From Oscillospiraceae bacterium (GTDB lineage: Bacteria > Bacillota > Clostridia > Saccharofermentanales > Saccharofermentanaceae): a DNA stretch of 53,817 nt. The stretch spans positions 1-53,817 of the forward strand of contig CACYRM010000001.1 of the NCBI GenBank assembly GCA_902776845.1. The letters run 5' to 3'. A program made the translations under genes and the position numbers. Position 1 is the first letter of the stretch. Every line of letters begins with the position of its first letter. The notes beneath the pieces were generated by a model that was not told the origin of the DNA, did not search any database, and saw only the letters and a program-made list of their open reading frames with translations. This document shows, one piece after another, positions 1 through 9,738 of the stretch.

Positions 1-1
1 C

Positions 2-1624
2 ATCTCCATGATCATCGTTCTTCTGATCATGGCAGTTATCCTGTCCCTCATCAGCACGGTAAAGCTCCCGTCAGGCAAAGACGTGGATGTTATGCACAGT
101 CTGGATAATCTGAGCGGAGAGACAAACAGATTCCTGCCCGAACTCGAATCAACCATAACTCTTCCTCTTGTATTATGCGCTGTCCTTTTGGGCTGTGCGC
201 AGATGACCAATTACTGGGATTTCCTTATCTACTTTATTTTCTGTTCAATGGGCTCGCTCATCGTAAACACGATAAGATCTCCTAAATTCGTTAACATCCC
301 CGGAGCTATCGTTTTCGTGATAAACGTAGGCGGAATACTGCTTATATATCTTGCCAAGGGCAGCAGCCCGGCAATGCTTTTTGCTCTTGAGCTGGTCCTT
401 ATGATCGCTTCATTCCTGTTCTGCGTCGTAAGTCCCACAGCTCTTCCGAGAACATCATTTCAGATGAGTTTCCTGTTTACCGTAGCCACACTTACAGCGC
501 TCCCGTTCAACCTTAATTTTGATATGATTTCCAATTCGCTGGGTGCCGTAAAGAACCGCTCATCTCTTTATCAGTTGTTCATACTGTACGGAACGCACGT
601 TATTATCAGCGTCTTCTTTATGATCATGGTTTTCGCGAACAAAAACTACAGATACGTTTCCGCTGCCAAGGCCAGGAAACCCAATTCACAAAAGGATACA
701 GCGGGTGTTATAGGTGAAGGATACCCGTTTACGAATCCGATCCAGGCTTTCTTTGCAAAACGCAATCTTATAGATATCTTCTGCTGCGGAATGACAGTCG
801 TGGGTCTCATGCTGCTCATAGCGCCCGAGATCTTTTATGTAAGAGACATATATACAGGCGGATACCTGCGTTCAAACACCATGTTCAAGTTTGCTTTCGC
901 AGCTCTCATTATCCTGTCTGTCACTATGATCTATTCGGTAATAAGACTCTTCTGGTTCGTAAATAAAAAAGGCCAGTATTCCCTGCTGCTCTTCGCGATC
1001 GCAATAGGATGCGCCCTGGCACTGTTCATTCCAGCCCATTACACAATGGCAGCGCTTAAACAGCGTTCGGGAGAACTGAAACGCGATAATTACAAGACTA
1101 TAGACGGAACTGCTTATATAGATACTTATTCAAGTTCTTATATGACGGAAAACTATGCCGGCAATCTGAAACCATATATGGAGTGCGTAAACTGGTTCAA
1201 CACCAAGGTGTCAGGCAGTCCTGTCATCTGCGAGGCATACGGAGACAGTTATACGGATAACTGCATTATCTCTGCTTATACCGGTCTTCCCACCGTATTC
1301 GGATGGCAGACCCACGAGTGGTTATGGAGATTCCACGGAATTGTCAACAAAGAGACCGACACACTGGAATCAGATCCCGAAAAAGATGTTTGGCAGATCT
1401 ATATTACTCCGAGGCATAACGACGTTGATATTATCTATTGGAGCGAATATCCCGAAGATGTCCAGATGATCATTAACAAGTATCAGATCGAATATATAAT
1501 CATCGGAGATCTGGAACGATACAGATACGGATATGATAATTCGGAAGTATTCTCCCTGATAGGGGACGTGGTTTTCCAGTATGAGGATCTGAGAGTCTAC
1601 AAGGTCACTCCGATTCCGGCGTAA
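2..1624 (+). CDS. DUF2298 / YYY-family polytopic membrane protein (putative GT-C-like), 5'-truncated by the window edge
   Basis: Frame is open from position 2; many TM helices; motifs RSNTMFKF, PEIFYVRDIY and ISAYTGLPTVFGWQTHEWLWR typical of DUF2298. Confidence 0.75.
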   Translation: MSMIIVLLIMAVILSLISTVKLPSGKDVDVMHSLDNLSGETNRFLPELESTITLPLVLCAVLLGCAQMTNYWDFLIYFIFCSMGSLIVNTIRSPKFVNIPGAIVFVINVGGILLIYLAKGSSPAMLFALELVLMIASFLFCVVSPTALPRTSFQMSFLFTVATLTALPFNLNFDMISNSLGAVKNRSSLYQLFILYGTHVIISVFFMIMVFANKNYRYVSAAKARKPNSQKDTAGVIGEGYPFTNPIQAFFAKRNLIDIFCCGMTVVGLMLLIAPEIFYVRDIYTGGYLRSNTMFKFAFAALIILSVTMIYSVIRLFWFVNKKGQYSLLLFAIAIGCALALFIPAHYTMAALKQRSGELKRDNYKTIDGTAYIDTYSSSYMTENYAGNLKPYMECVNWFNTKVSGSPVICEAYGDSYTDNCIISAYTGLPTVFGWQTHEWLWRFHGIVNKETDTLESDPEKDVWQIYITPRHNDVDIIYWSEYPEDVQMIINKYQIEYIIIGDLERYRYGYDNSEVFSLIGDVVFQYEDLRVYKVTPIPA

Positions 1625-1629
1625 CGTTA

Positions 1630-2193
1630 TCAGACTTCCGGGAGTTCTTCCCCGGGATCAGCCGTGACAGTGACACGCTCTGTTCCTTCGCCTTCATCGT
1701 ATGTAAGTTCACCGCAAACAAGTGCTATCGGGCACTTGATCCTGCTTCCGTATTTTCCGTCTCCGGCAAGCGGATGCTTTCTTGAAGCGAACTGCGTCCT
1801 TATCTGATGAGTGCGTCCCGTATCCAGCACAGCCGATACATATGAAATGTCTTTTTCAGCGTTATAGGATATTACGCTGTAACTCAGTCTTGCTTCCTTA
1901 ACGCCTTTTCTCATACGCTTTACCGGGAAAGTACGGTTGCTCCGGGAATCATGGAAAAGAAGGTCCTCCATGACACCCTCTGTCTCATCAAATCTTCCCT
2001 GACAGACCAGATAATACTTTTTGTTTATCACGCGTATCCTTTTACCTGAATCCGCACAGGCAATGATTCCGGGCACCGGAACATCAAGTCTCGACAGCAC
2101 GGAAAGCCCTGACGGAGCGATCTTCTCACTGTCTTCCCCTCTTTCCTTATAAAGGATCTGATATCCTTCACCTGATCTCAAAACTCTTGTCAT
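1630..2193 (-). CDS. RluA-family RNA pseudouridine synthase (divergent)
   Basis: SRLD (HRLD-like, catalytic Asp kept), LDTGRTHQIR, HPLAGDGKYG; likely ATG at 2193 just after the upstream stop. Confidence 0.8.
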   Translation of the reverse strand: MTRVLRSGEGYQILYKERGEDSEKIAPSGLSVLSRLDVPVPGIIACADSGKRIRVINKKYYLVCQGRFDETEGVMEDLLFHDSRSNRTFPVKRMRKGVKEARLSYSVISYNAEKDISYVSAVLDTGRTHQIRTQFASRKHPLAGDGKYGSRIKCPIALVCGELTYDEGEGTERVTVTADPGEELPEV

Positions 2194-2198
2194 GACTG

Positions 2199-3248
2199 TC
2201 AGCAAACAAACACGGTTACCGTCTCACGGCCGCCGTCAAGAAAAACCTCCACGGTTCCCACATCTTCCAAAACACTTATCTCCGGACACTCTCTATATGC
2301 CTTATCAAACAGCGTACGTCCTTCGAAGATCACTCTCAGCCGTCCCGAACCGAAGCTTACAAAGCTGCTCTCTTTAACAAGCTTTGACTTTAACCCTCCG
2401 CATGGAAGCATACAGACTTCGCCTTTCCTGGAGACAGTGATCTCTCTCGGACAGCAAACCGCAAATGAATTCATCTTCATTGAGAACATCCATCCCATAA
2501 GCAGAGCGGCGTCATTCTCACCGTAACAGGTAACGGGATTATAGAAATCACTTCCGAGATCAACGGCCTTGAACGGTTCCTTCGCATCATCGAAAACAAA
2601 CCTTTCCCCGTCGTATTCCCCGGCACCGAAAAGAACCTTGGAAGGAAGGTGTCTTTCACTTTGGATAATAAACACCCATTTCCCGTCAGCCTCAATGATA
2701 TTGGGCGCTTCGATCACACTCCCGAATCTTCCGTCCGACAGAAGTTCACCCTTATAATCCCAGTTGATCAGATCATCTGATTCATACTGCAGTACTTTGG
2801 CTATGCCGTACTGGCCGGCGCCGATAAGCATACGGAATCCTTCGCCGTATCTCATTACAAAAGGGTCCCTGAATTTATTGCTGCCCTCAAGCGGATTTTT
2901 CGCGACAGGCCCGCCTTCGTACTTCTCGAAACGGATTCCGTCTGACGAATATGCAACGCATATCTTCTCGCTGTAATCATATGCAACCGAAGTATAGAAG
3001 AGCCATATCTTTCCGTCCCAGACTACAGCCGATCCGGAATTGCAGCTCATCTCATCATCAGGGCTTATGGCAACCGGGCACTCTTCCCACGATATCAGAT
3101 CGTCCGAGACCGCATGCCCCCAGTGCATCCTTCCGTATCTTTTCGCATAAGGGTTAAGCTGGAAAAAAAGATGATATCTGTCTTTGAAAAAGACAAGACC
3201 GCAGGGGTTCCCAAGCCAACCTTCTTTTCTTGAATAATGGTATTTCAC
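2199..3248 (-). CDS. GH32-family beta-fructofuranosidase-like protein, nucleophile Asp replaced by Asn
   Basis: WLGNPCG (vs WMNDPNG), YHLFFQ, MHWGHAVSDDL, NSGSAV, FRDP, IEAP; short (349 aa). Confidence 0.85.
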   Translation of the reverse strand: MKYHYSRKEGWLGNPCGLVFFKDRYHLFFQLNPYAKRYGRMHWGHAVSDDLISWEECPVAISPDDEMSCNSGSAVVWDGKIWLFYTSVAYDYSEKICVAYSSDGIRFEKYEGGPVAKNPLEGSNKFRDPFVMRYGEGFRMLIGAGQYGIAKVLQYESDDLINWDYKGELLSDGRFGSVIEAPNIIEADGKWVFIIQSERHLPSKVLFGAGEYDGERFVFDDAKEPFKAVDLGSDFYNPVTCYGENDAALLMGWMFSMKMNSFAVCCPREITVSRKGEVCMLPCGGLKSKLVKESSFVSFGSGRLRVIFEGRTLFDKAYRECPEISVLEDVGTVEVFLDGGRETVTVFVC

Positions 3249-3291
3249 GGGATAAAACCTCTGCGGTCTGAATCTTCAGTCTGAATGTCTG

Positions 3292-4914
3292 TTAAGCAAG
3301 ATCCAGGAGCGATACTCTGAGGACACCCTCAGCAGCTCTGAGCTCTTCGAGGATCTCCTGTGATACAGGCTGTTCAACTGCAACGAAAGCCTGCGCGTGC
3401 GGATTGTCGGAACCGTCCTGGTTCTTTCTTCCCCAATGCATGGATACGATGTTGATGTCGTGCTTTCCGAGGATTGTTGCGATCCTTCCGATAACGCCCG
3501 GAACATCGTTGTTCTTAAGAGCGAGAACAGTGGAAGAAAGCGGGCAGTTCATCTCATAACCGAAGAAAGATACGATGACCTCGGTATTGGGTTCAAATAC
3601 CGTACCGTTGATCTTAAGTTCCCTGCCGTCTTCCGTAATGAACTTAACATTGATGAGGTTGTTGTACTTCTGAATGGATTCTGTCTTTGTCTCTATAACC
3701 TCGATGCCGCTCTCATCCATGCACTCCTTGGCATTTACATAAGATACGTGATCATTGCCCATACCTTCGAGGAGACCCATCATAAGTGAGAGTGTGATGA
3801 TGCCTGTACCCGTGCTCTCGGCAAGCTCGCCTCTGTATCTTACTTCGACCTTCTTGATCGGTGTTGCCTCTGCCTGGAAATACATACGGCCGATCTTCTC
3901 TGCGAGTGAGCAGTAAGGCTTGATATCTTCAATACTTCCGGAGAACTGGGGCATGTTGATAGCCGCAACGAGTTCACCCTTTAATGCGCCGTCGATAAGT
4001 TCAACGATACCCTGACCTACCTTAGCAGTAGCCTCAACAGTGGAAGCTCCAAGGTGAGGTGTGATATAGCAGTTGGGAGCATGAAGGAGAACATTATCGT
4101 AATCCTGCTCGCCGGGTGCCTTATTGTAGGAAGGCTCCTTATCGAAAACATCGATAGCTGCTGCTGCAACCTGACCTTCAGCCAGTGCGTCAGCAAGATC
4201 CTGCTCATTTACAAGACCGCCTCTTGCGGCATTAACGATCCTTACGCCTCTCTTGCACTTATAGAGCTGCTCCTTGGCGATCATGTTATATGTTTCCTTG
4301 GTCTTGGGAGTATGGAGAGTAATAAGGTCTGCCTGGGCAAGGAGCTCGTCAAGAGTCTGGCATCTTGTAACTCCGAGCTTGTCGAACTTCTCCTGGGGAA
4401 TATAAGGATCGTAAGCAACCGCGTTCATGCCGACGCCCTTAAGCTTTCTGGAAACAATGGAACCGATACGGCCGAGACCGATGATACCGACTGTCTTTCC
4501 CTCAAGCTCAACGCCGGTCCAGTTGCCGCGTCTGAAATCACCGTGGTGAACGCCCTCGTTAGCCGTGCAGAGATTACGGAAGATGGAGAAAGCATGACCT
4601 ACTGCAAGCTCACCTGCTGCCATATTATTGGCTGTAGGAGTATTAAGAGCGATAACGCCGTGCTCTGTACAAGCCTTAACATCAATATTATCGATACCTG
4701 TTCCGGCTCTTCCGACTGCCTTGAGGCAATCCGCATTATTCAAAAGAGTTTCGTTGATCTTTGTTGCAGATCTTACGATGATAGCGTCAAATCCTTTGAT
4801 ATACTGCTCGATCTCTTCCTGGGAATGACCGAGGTACTCTTCGACTTCATAGCCTTTGTCTCTTAAGTACTGAACGCTCTCTTCGGCAATGCTCTCTGTG
4901 ATAAGGATCTTCAT
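3292..4914 (-). CDS. serA: D-3-phosphoglycerate dehydrogenase (with C-terminal ASB/ACT domains)
   Basis: RAGTGIDNID, GIIGLGRIG, NAARGGLV, TPHLGAST, C-terminal NNDVPGVIG ACT motif. Confidence 0.95.
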   Translation of the reverse strand: MKILITESIAEESVQYLRDKGYEVEEYLGHSQEEIEQYIKGFDAIIVRSATKINETLLNNADCLKAVGRAGTGIDNIDVKACTEHGVIALNTPTANNMAAGELAVGHAFSIFRNLCTANEGVHHGDFRRGNWTGVELEGKTVGIIGLGRIGSIVSRKLKGVGMNAVAYDPYIPQEKFDKLGVTRCQTLDELLAQADLITLHTPKTKETYNMIAKEQLYKCKRGVRIVNAARGGLVNEQDLADALAEGQVAAAAIDVFDKEPSYNKAPGEQDYDNVLLHAPNCYITPHLGASTVEATAKVGQGIVELIDGALKGELVAAINMPQFSGSIEDIKPYCSLAEKIGRMYFQAEATPIKKVEVRYRGELAESTGTGIITLSLMMGLLEGMGNDHVSYVNAKECMDESGIEVIETKTESIQKYNNLINVKFITEDGRELKINGTVFEPNTEVIVSFFGYEMNCPLSSTVLALKNNDVPGVIGRIATILGKHDINIVSMHWGRKNQDGSDNPHAQAFVAVEQPVSQEILEELRAAEGVLRVSLLDLA

Positions 4915-4950
4915 TTTTTGTTCCCCCCGTATTAATTCTGCTTTATGTTA

Positions 4951-6036
4951 TCAGGCTTTAGCTTTAAGTTCTTCGATCGTGTCTTTCAGGTCTTTGAGAT
5001 ATTCCCTGAGGCCTTCTTCGGTGAGATCACCCATATGAGCGATCCTGAATGTCTTATCCTTCAAAGGACCGTAACCGTTGCTCATGAGATAACCCTTCTC
5101 GCCCATAGCCTTGATGAGGTCTGATGTAGGGATGCCTGTGGTATTTGTTACGCAGGTAACCGTTACGGAAAGGTGTTCCGGATTTGAATAGAGGGCACAA
5201 TTCTCCCTTGCCCAGTCCTGAGCGATCTTAGCGAGTTTGCAGTGCTTCTGATATCTGTTCTCAACACCTTCGGCGAGGATCTTGTCGAGCTGATAATCGA
5301 GCGCGAACATGTGTGATTCGGAAGGTGTGGAAGGATACTGATAAGGCTTTTCCTTAACGAACTTAACGAGTTCGAGATAGTCGAAATAAAGTCCTCTGTT
5401 CTCAACTGTCTCAGCCTTCTTAATAGCCTTCTCGGAAACTGAAGCGATAGCCATTCCCGGAGGCAGTCCCAAGCACTTCTGTGTCGATGTTATGCAGACG
5501 TCGATTCCGAGTTCATCTACAGGGATATAGTCACCTGCCATTGATGAAACAGCGTCAACGCAAACGATAACATCGGGGTATTTCTTATAGACTTCAGCAA
5601 GCTTGTCCATAGGATTATGGACACCGGTTGATGTCTCATTCTGCGTGATTGTGATGAGGTCATACTTACCTGTGGAAAGTGCTTCTTCGAGCATCTCAGG
5701 TGTTGTGGGCTGACCGAGCTCTGATTCAAAGAGATCTGCCGCAATGCCGTTGGATGTGCACATCTTATGCCATCTCTTACCGAATGCGCCGATTGAGAAT
5801 ACGGCTGCTCTGTTCTTTGTAAAGCTTCTTACGGCACCTTCCATAAGACCACTGCCTGATGACGTTGATAAAACGATAGTGTTATTTGTCATCATAACCT
5901 TCTGGAGCTTTTCGGAAATAGACTGCTGAAGAGCGGAAGCATCCTTGGTCCTGTGTCCGATCATCGGTGCAGACATCTTCTCCAGTACATCCTGCGAAAC
6001 CTCAATAGGTCCGGGTATGAACAGTTTCTTATGCAT
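4951..6036 (-). CDS. Class V PLP aminotransferase (alanine-glyoxylate/serine-pyruvate family; probable phosphoserine aminotransferase role)
   Basis: LFIPGP, NETSTG, DAVSS, TSTQKCLGLPPG (PLP Lys), FRIAHMG; directly upstream of serA. Confidence 0.85.
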   Translation of the reverse strand: MHKKLFIPGPIEVSQDVLEKMSAPMIGHRTKDASALQQSISEKLQKVMMTNNTIVLSTSSGSGLMEGAVRSFTKNRAAVFSIGAFGKRWHKMCTSNGIAADLFESELGQPTTPEMLEEALSTGKYDLITITQNETSTGVHNPMDKLAEVYKKYPDVIVCVDAVSSMAGDYIPVDELGIDVCITSTQKCLGLPPGMAIASVSEKAIKKAETVENRGLYFDYLELVKFVKEKPYQYPSTPSESHMFALDYQLDKILAEGVENRYQKHCKLAKIAQDWARENCALYSNPEHLSVTVTCVTNTTGIPTSDLIKAMGEKGYLMSNGYGPLKDKTFRIAHMGDLTEEGLREYLKDLKDTIEELKAKA

Positions 6037-6131
6037 TAATATTTACCTCTTTTCGCGCGATTATATAAGAGCAATAGCATTATATACTTGAAAAACTGTT
6101 TTTTGTAGAAATCGGCTTTGACTAAATAGCC

Positions 6132-6171
6132 AAAAAACAAACCGCCTGCGTTGAAATACACAGCAGGCGGT
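6132..6171 (-). terminator. Rho-independent terminator of the 1121-aa gene
   Basis: ACCGCCTGC...GCAGGCGGT inverted repeat (6141-6171) followed on the minus strand by TTGTTTTTT. Confidence 0.8.
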
Positions 6172-6202
6172 CCTATAAATTTTCAATGACTTTTACAGAG
6201 TG

Positions 6203-9200
6203 TTATGTGATGTGGATCGAACTTGTTATCTCGCCCTGAGTCGTCTCAGCCGCATTGGTCTCACCTGTGGATGATCCACCCGCATTGAACGTGATCGGGA
6301 TCTCACCAGTCAAAACACCCAAAGGCGGCAGGAGGAGCTTGTCTCCGCTGTTCGGACCGGTGTATGTTGCAGGATCGAGCTTATTGTATGTAAGTATCGT
6401 CGCGATCCTCGGGTCACTGCAGTTCTCAATATCGATATCATAAACAGTATGGAACAGATCCCACCATGTTCTGAATCCGATATTGTCAGAGAAATCAAAA
6501 TAGCCGATAGGAGCCGAAGCATCAGGCAATGTCGCCTGTGTTGACGGCATCGTTGTCTCAGTCGTTGTCTCAGTCTCTGACAGTGAAGGTACTGTCTCCG
6601 AAGGCTTGTTCTTCTTGCTGCAGCCTCTTGCTATCAAAGCGACAACGATGACAATGCAGATCAGGAGAATAGCGAGGAAAGCAATAAACATATAACCGTT
6701 ACGGTTAAGCTTCATCTTCTTTCCGCCGCCGTTGCCGCCTCTTCCTGCAGAAGCGCCGGGACGCGGACTGCTTCCGGTAGGTCTGCCGTTATTATTCGGA
6801 CCTGAGCCCGAAGGCCTGTAGGAGGTCTGTCCCGGATTTGTGTACTGTGCCTGCTGCTGCGCATTCGGTGCTGCAGGCTGCTTCTCGGCACCTGCGGTGC
6901 TGTAGCCGTAGCTCTGTTCACCGCCATATACCTGGCCGTTGTCATCTACTCCGAGAATATTATTGAACCATTCGTCATCAAGAGATGCAGAGGAAGAAGC
7001 AGAAGCCTGAGGCTGGGAATAATCGTCCTGAGGCTGGCCTGAAAGATCGCTGTATTCGCTCTGTGACATGTCGGGCTGATATCCCTGCCCGTACTGACCC
7101 TGATATCCTTCAGAAGGATATCCGCCGAAGCTTCCCTGGGGAGCCTGGTCATAACCGCCGGCATATCCGCTGTCATCACCGCCAAATTCGGTATATCCGT
7201 CACTGTCCATAGGTACACCTCCCTGCATATCTGCAGTCTGATCGCCATATACACCAAAACTGCTCTGATCAGAGGTTGAGAATGCCTCTGCGCCATAAGG
7301 CTGATAGGGCGGTACTTCGCCCGCTCCCTGAGCTTCCGTGCCGGCGTAATCGCCATAGACTGATGCGTTTTCAAACGGCTGTGAGACAGGCTGTTCTGAA
7401 CCGACAGCATTGACCGGATTATTATAGTTATCCGAATCATACAGAGGCATCTGTGGAATATCATCAACTTTTACCTCTGCGGCGCTGTCGTCATCACCCT
7501 CAACAAATACGGAACTGCCGAACGGAAGAACGATATCATCCTGTGAAGGAATTCTTGTCTCTTCCTGAGGAACTTCCTCAACTGCTGCAGGCTCGGGTTC
7601 TTCCTTCTCAGGCGCCACGACCTCAACCGGTTTATCTGTCTCCGGGAAATCAACATTGAGTTTATCTTCTTCCTTCAATTCCGGCTTATCCTCATTGATC
7701 TCATACTCCGGAACAGGGATTGATGACACTTCTTCAGACGGAACAGGTTCCGACTTCGGAGCAAGAACATCGTCACCGAATACGAGCGGAGGCGTGTTCT
7801 TAAGTTCCTGGGCGCTTATGGTTCCGTAAGGATCAAATGTATCTTCTGAAGCGGCAGGAACTTCCTGTTCACCGGAATCAGCTTTGACCTCACCGGGCGC
7901 GAAAACTATCTCCTCAGGCTTGTTAACAACAGCAGGTGCGGGCGGCATGGATACCGGCGCATCTCCGATAACAGGGATAAACGATACAGGAGCAGCCGGC
8001 TCAACCGTACCGAACGGAATGACCGGAACTTCAGGTTCTACTGTCTCGGCAGGGATAACGGGAACTGCGGGTTCAACTGTCTCGGCCGGAATAACGGGTT
8101 CGGCAGGTTCGACGGGAACAACAGGAACGATCTCTTCTTCCTTAAGTTCCGAGATCGGTGTCTCCTTTGCAGCCTCCTGTCCGGCGGAACCGGACATTGC
8201 CTGAGAGATCACGCCGGAACCGCCCGCCGTAAAGAACAGCGAATTAATGTCAGTAACCGGCTTCGTGGGAGAATCATCCGTAAGATCCGGAGCAAACTCT
8301 GTCGTGGAGACAGTCTCCATAACAACAGGCTCGGGCTTCTTTTCAGTCTCGGGTTCAGCGGCGGGGGTAACTCCGTCAACGTTAAATACAAAAGGTGAAT
8401 CCGCAGCTGCGGCTTCTTCAGCCTTTGCCACTGCTTCTGAATCACTCTGTGCCGACTCCTTCATCTCGCCGAAGATCCTCTTCATTGCTTCTTCAGCTGA
8501 AATCTCAGCAGGAGCCTCGTTCTTATCGGGGAATTCAAGATCAGCTCCGGGAACCTTCTGCGCAGCAGTCTGTCCGGCCATATCGCCGAAAAGAACTGCT
8601 CCCTCTGCAGCTGCAGCAGCGGCTGCAGGAGCAACAGGTACTGCCAGAGGCTCTTCAGGAGTGAGGCTGACAAATCCGGCGTCAGCTATAGCCTTGGCTG
8701 CAGCTCCGACCTCACCGCCTTCTACTGTCGACTCAAGGATCTCATGGCTCTCGCTCTCATAATCCTTGTTCTTTTTCTTCTTTCCGAACAGACCGCGCTT
8801 CTCTTCCTTGGTAACGCTCTCAACGAAAGAAATCGAGATCTGCATCGGCGTATTCGGCATTCTGGCGGATGCCTGTGTAAGGATAAGACCTGCAGCGTCA
8901 CACTGGTCCTCGGCGTCTGTCAGGATGCGGAGTATCTCTCTTTGTCCAAGCGCATCATAGATTGACTTGTTGCAAAGGATGATGCAGTCATCGGGTGTAA
9001 GAGTAAAGAAGTTTGACCACAGCGCATTTGCCGTCTTGGATGAGCAATAGTACTGGAAATCGCCTACCCTGTTGCCGTATGCATCGATGGGTTCCATAGG
9101 AATGCCCGCATCGGTCAGAGGGAACAGTGTATCATCTCGGTAAAGGAATGCGAGACCGCCGCCGATGGTTACGGCGAATGCCTCGGAATCCCTCACGATA

Positions 9201-9568
9201 ACACCCGTGAAATAAGGATCCCTGTTCTCATTATCGATGAGCTTCGTTGTTCCGGCAACCTCAACAGCTGTCGAAAGGAATCTCTCGATCATCGCATCGA
9301 TCTCTTTATGTCCGTTCTTAACTTCGTTGCAAAGACCCCTGAGCTGAGGTTCAAAAGGCGGAATCGTGCCGGGTTCAAAACCTTCGATCGCAGGGTGTGT
9401 AAAAAGTGAGAAGAAAAAGCCTCTCTCATCTTTGTCGATAGTGATATCGGCTTGTCTTGTCTCTCTCTTGCCGCAGAGTCTGCCGTCAAGATAGAAAGCG
9501 TCTGTAAGCGTGCTGGAAGGAAAATAGCGCGCCGTCAGCGTGCTAGCAAGCCTTGTTAAGGTAGCCAT
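6203..9568 (-). CDS. Large membrane protein: degenerate PP2C-fold domain, acidic/Pro-rich disordered linker, TM helix, extracellular LysM-like domain
   Basis: N-terminal PP2C-like pattern (AFAVTIGGGLAFLYRDDTLFPLT; LTPDDCIILCNKSIYDAL); ~700 aa low complexity; TM YMFIAFLAILLICIVIVVALIA; C-terminal TWWDLF...ILTYNKL...SGDKLLLP; RBS GGAGG upstream. Confidence 0.7.
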   Translation of the reverse strand: MATLTRLASTLTARYFPSSTLTDAFYLDGRLCGKRETRQADITIDKDERGFFFSLFTHPAIEGFEPGTIPPFEPQLRGLCNEVKNGHKEIDAMIERFLSTAVEVAGTTKLIDNENRDPYFTGVIVRDSEAFAVTIGGGLAFLYRDDTLFPLTDAGIPMEPIDAYGNRVGDFQYYCSSKTANALWSNFFTLTPDDCIILCNKSIYDALGQREILRILTDAEDQCDAAGLILTQASARMPNTPMQISISFVESVTKEEKRGLFGKKKKNKDYESESHEILESTVEGGEVGAAAKAIADAGFVSLTPEEPLAVPVAPAAAAAAAEGAVLFGDMAGQTAAQKVPGADLEFPDKNEAPAEISAEEAMKRIFGEMKESAQSDSEAVAKAEEAAAADSPFVFNVDGVTPAAEPETEKKPEPVVMETVSTTEFAPDLTDDSPTKPVTDINSLFFTAGGSGVISQAMSGSAGQEAAKETPISELKEEEIVPVVPVEPAEPVIPAETVEPAVPVIPAETVEPEVPVIPFGTVEPAAPVSFIPVIGDAPVSMPPAPAVVNKPEEIVFAPGEVKADSGEQEVPAASEDTFDPYGTISAQELKNTPPLVFGDDVLAPKSEPVPSEEVSSIPVPEYEINEDKPELKEEDKLNVDFPETDKPVEVVAPEKEEPEPAAVEEVPQEETRIPSQDDIVLPFGSSVFVEGDDDSAAEVKVDDIPQMPLYDSDNYNNPVNAVGSEQPVSQPFENASVYGDYAGTEAQGAGEVPPYQPYGAEAFSTSDQSSFGVYGDQTADMQGGVPMDSDGYTEFGGDDSGYAGGYDQAPQGSFGGYPSEGYQGQYGQGYQPDMSQSEYSDLSGQPQDDYSQPQASASSSASLDDEWFNNILGVDDNGQVYGGEQSYGYSTAGAEKQPAAPNAQQQAQYTNPGQTSYRPSGSGPNNNGRPTGSSPRPGASAGRGGNGGGKKMKLNRNGYMFIAFLAILLICIVIVVALIARGCSKKNKPSETVPSLSETETTTETTMPSTQATLPDASAPIGYFDFSDNIGFRTWWDLFHTVYDIDIENCSDPRIATILTYNKLDPATYTGPNSGDKLLLPPLGVLTGEIPITFNAGGSSTGETNAAETTQGEITSSIHIT
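7985..8130 (-). repeat. Imperfect 33-bp (11-aa) coding tandem repeat, PVIPAETVEP(A/E)V, about 3-4 copies
   Basis: Protein PAEPVIPAETVEPAVPVIPAETVEPEVPVIPFGTVEPAAPV; DNA ctgtctcggc recurs at 33-bp spacing. Confidence 0.8.
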
Positions 9569-9600
9569 TAAGCCAGTCCTCCATATAAATATTCATGATA

Positions 9601-9627
9601 ATTATAACACAAGGTTATTTTTCTCAA
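9601..9627 (-). promoter_or_regulatory. Putative sigma-A promoter of the 1121-aa gene
   Basis: Extended -10 TGTTATAAT; TTGAGA lies 15 bp upstream of TATAAT. Confidence 0.5.
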
Positions 9628-9676
9628 TCGTTTTATATAAAAATTTATTAAATGGTAATTTTCGGCAAACAGCCGC

Positions 9677-9710
9677 AAAATAAAGCCCCCGGGGATTTTT
9701 GCCCCGGGGG
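9677..9710 (-). terminator. Rho-independent terminator after the DUF885 gene
   Basis: CCCCCGGGG-N7-CCCCGGGGG hairpin (9686-9710) followed by CTTTATTTT on the minus strand. Confidence 0.7.
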
Positions 9711-9738
9711 GATTTTGGTGCAAATTTGCGGCAGCAGA

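Noticed and set aside
1630-2193. RluA homologue as a pseudoenzyme
   Set aside because: Motifs are divergent (SRLDVPVPG), but the catalytic Asp, the KxY motif and TGRTHQIR remain, so inactivity cannot be claimed
7985-8130. 33-bp repeats as a CRISPR-like array
   Set aside because: In-frame, degenerate coding repeats with no spacers and no cas genes
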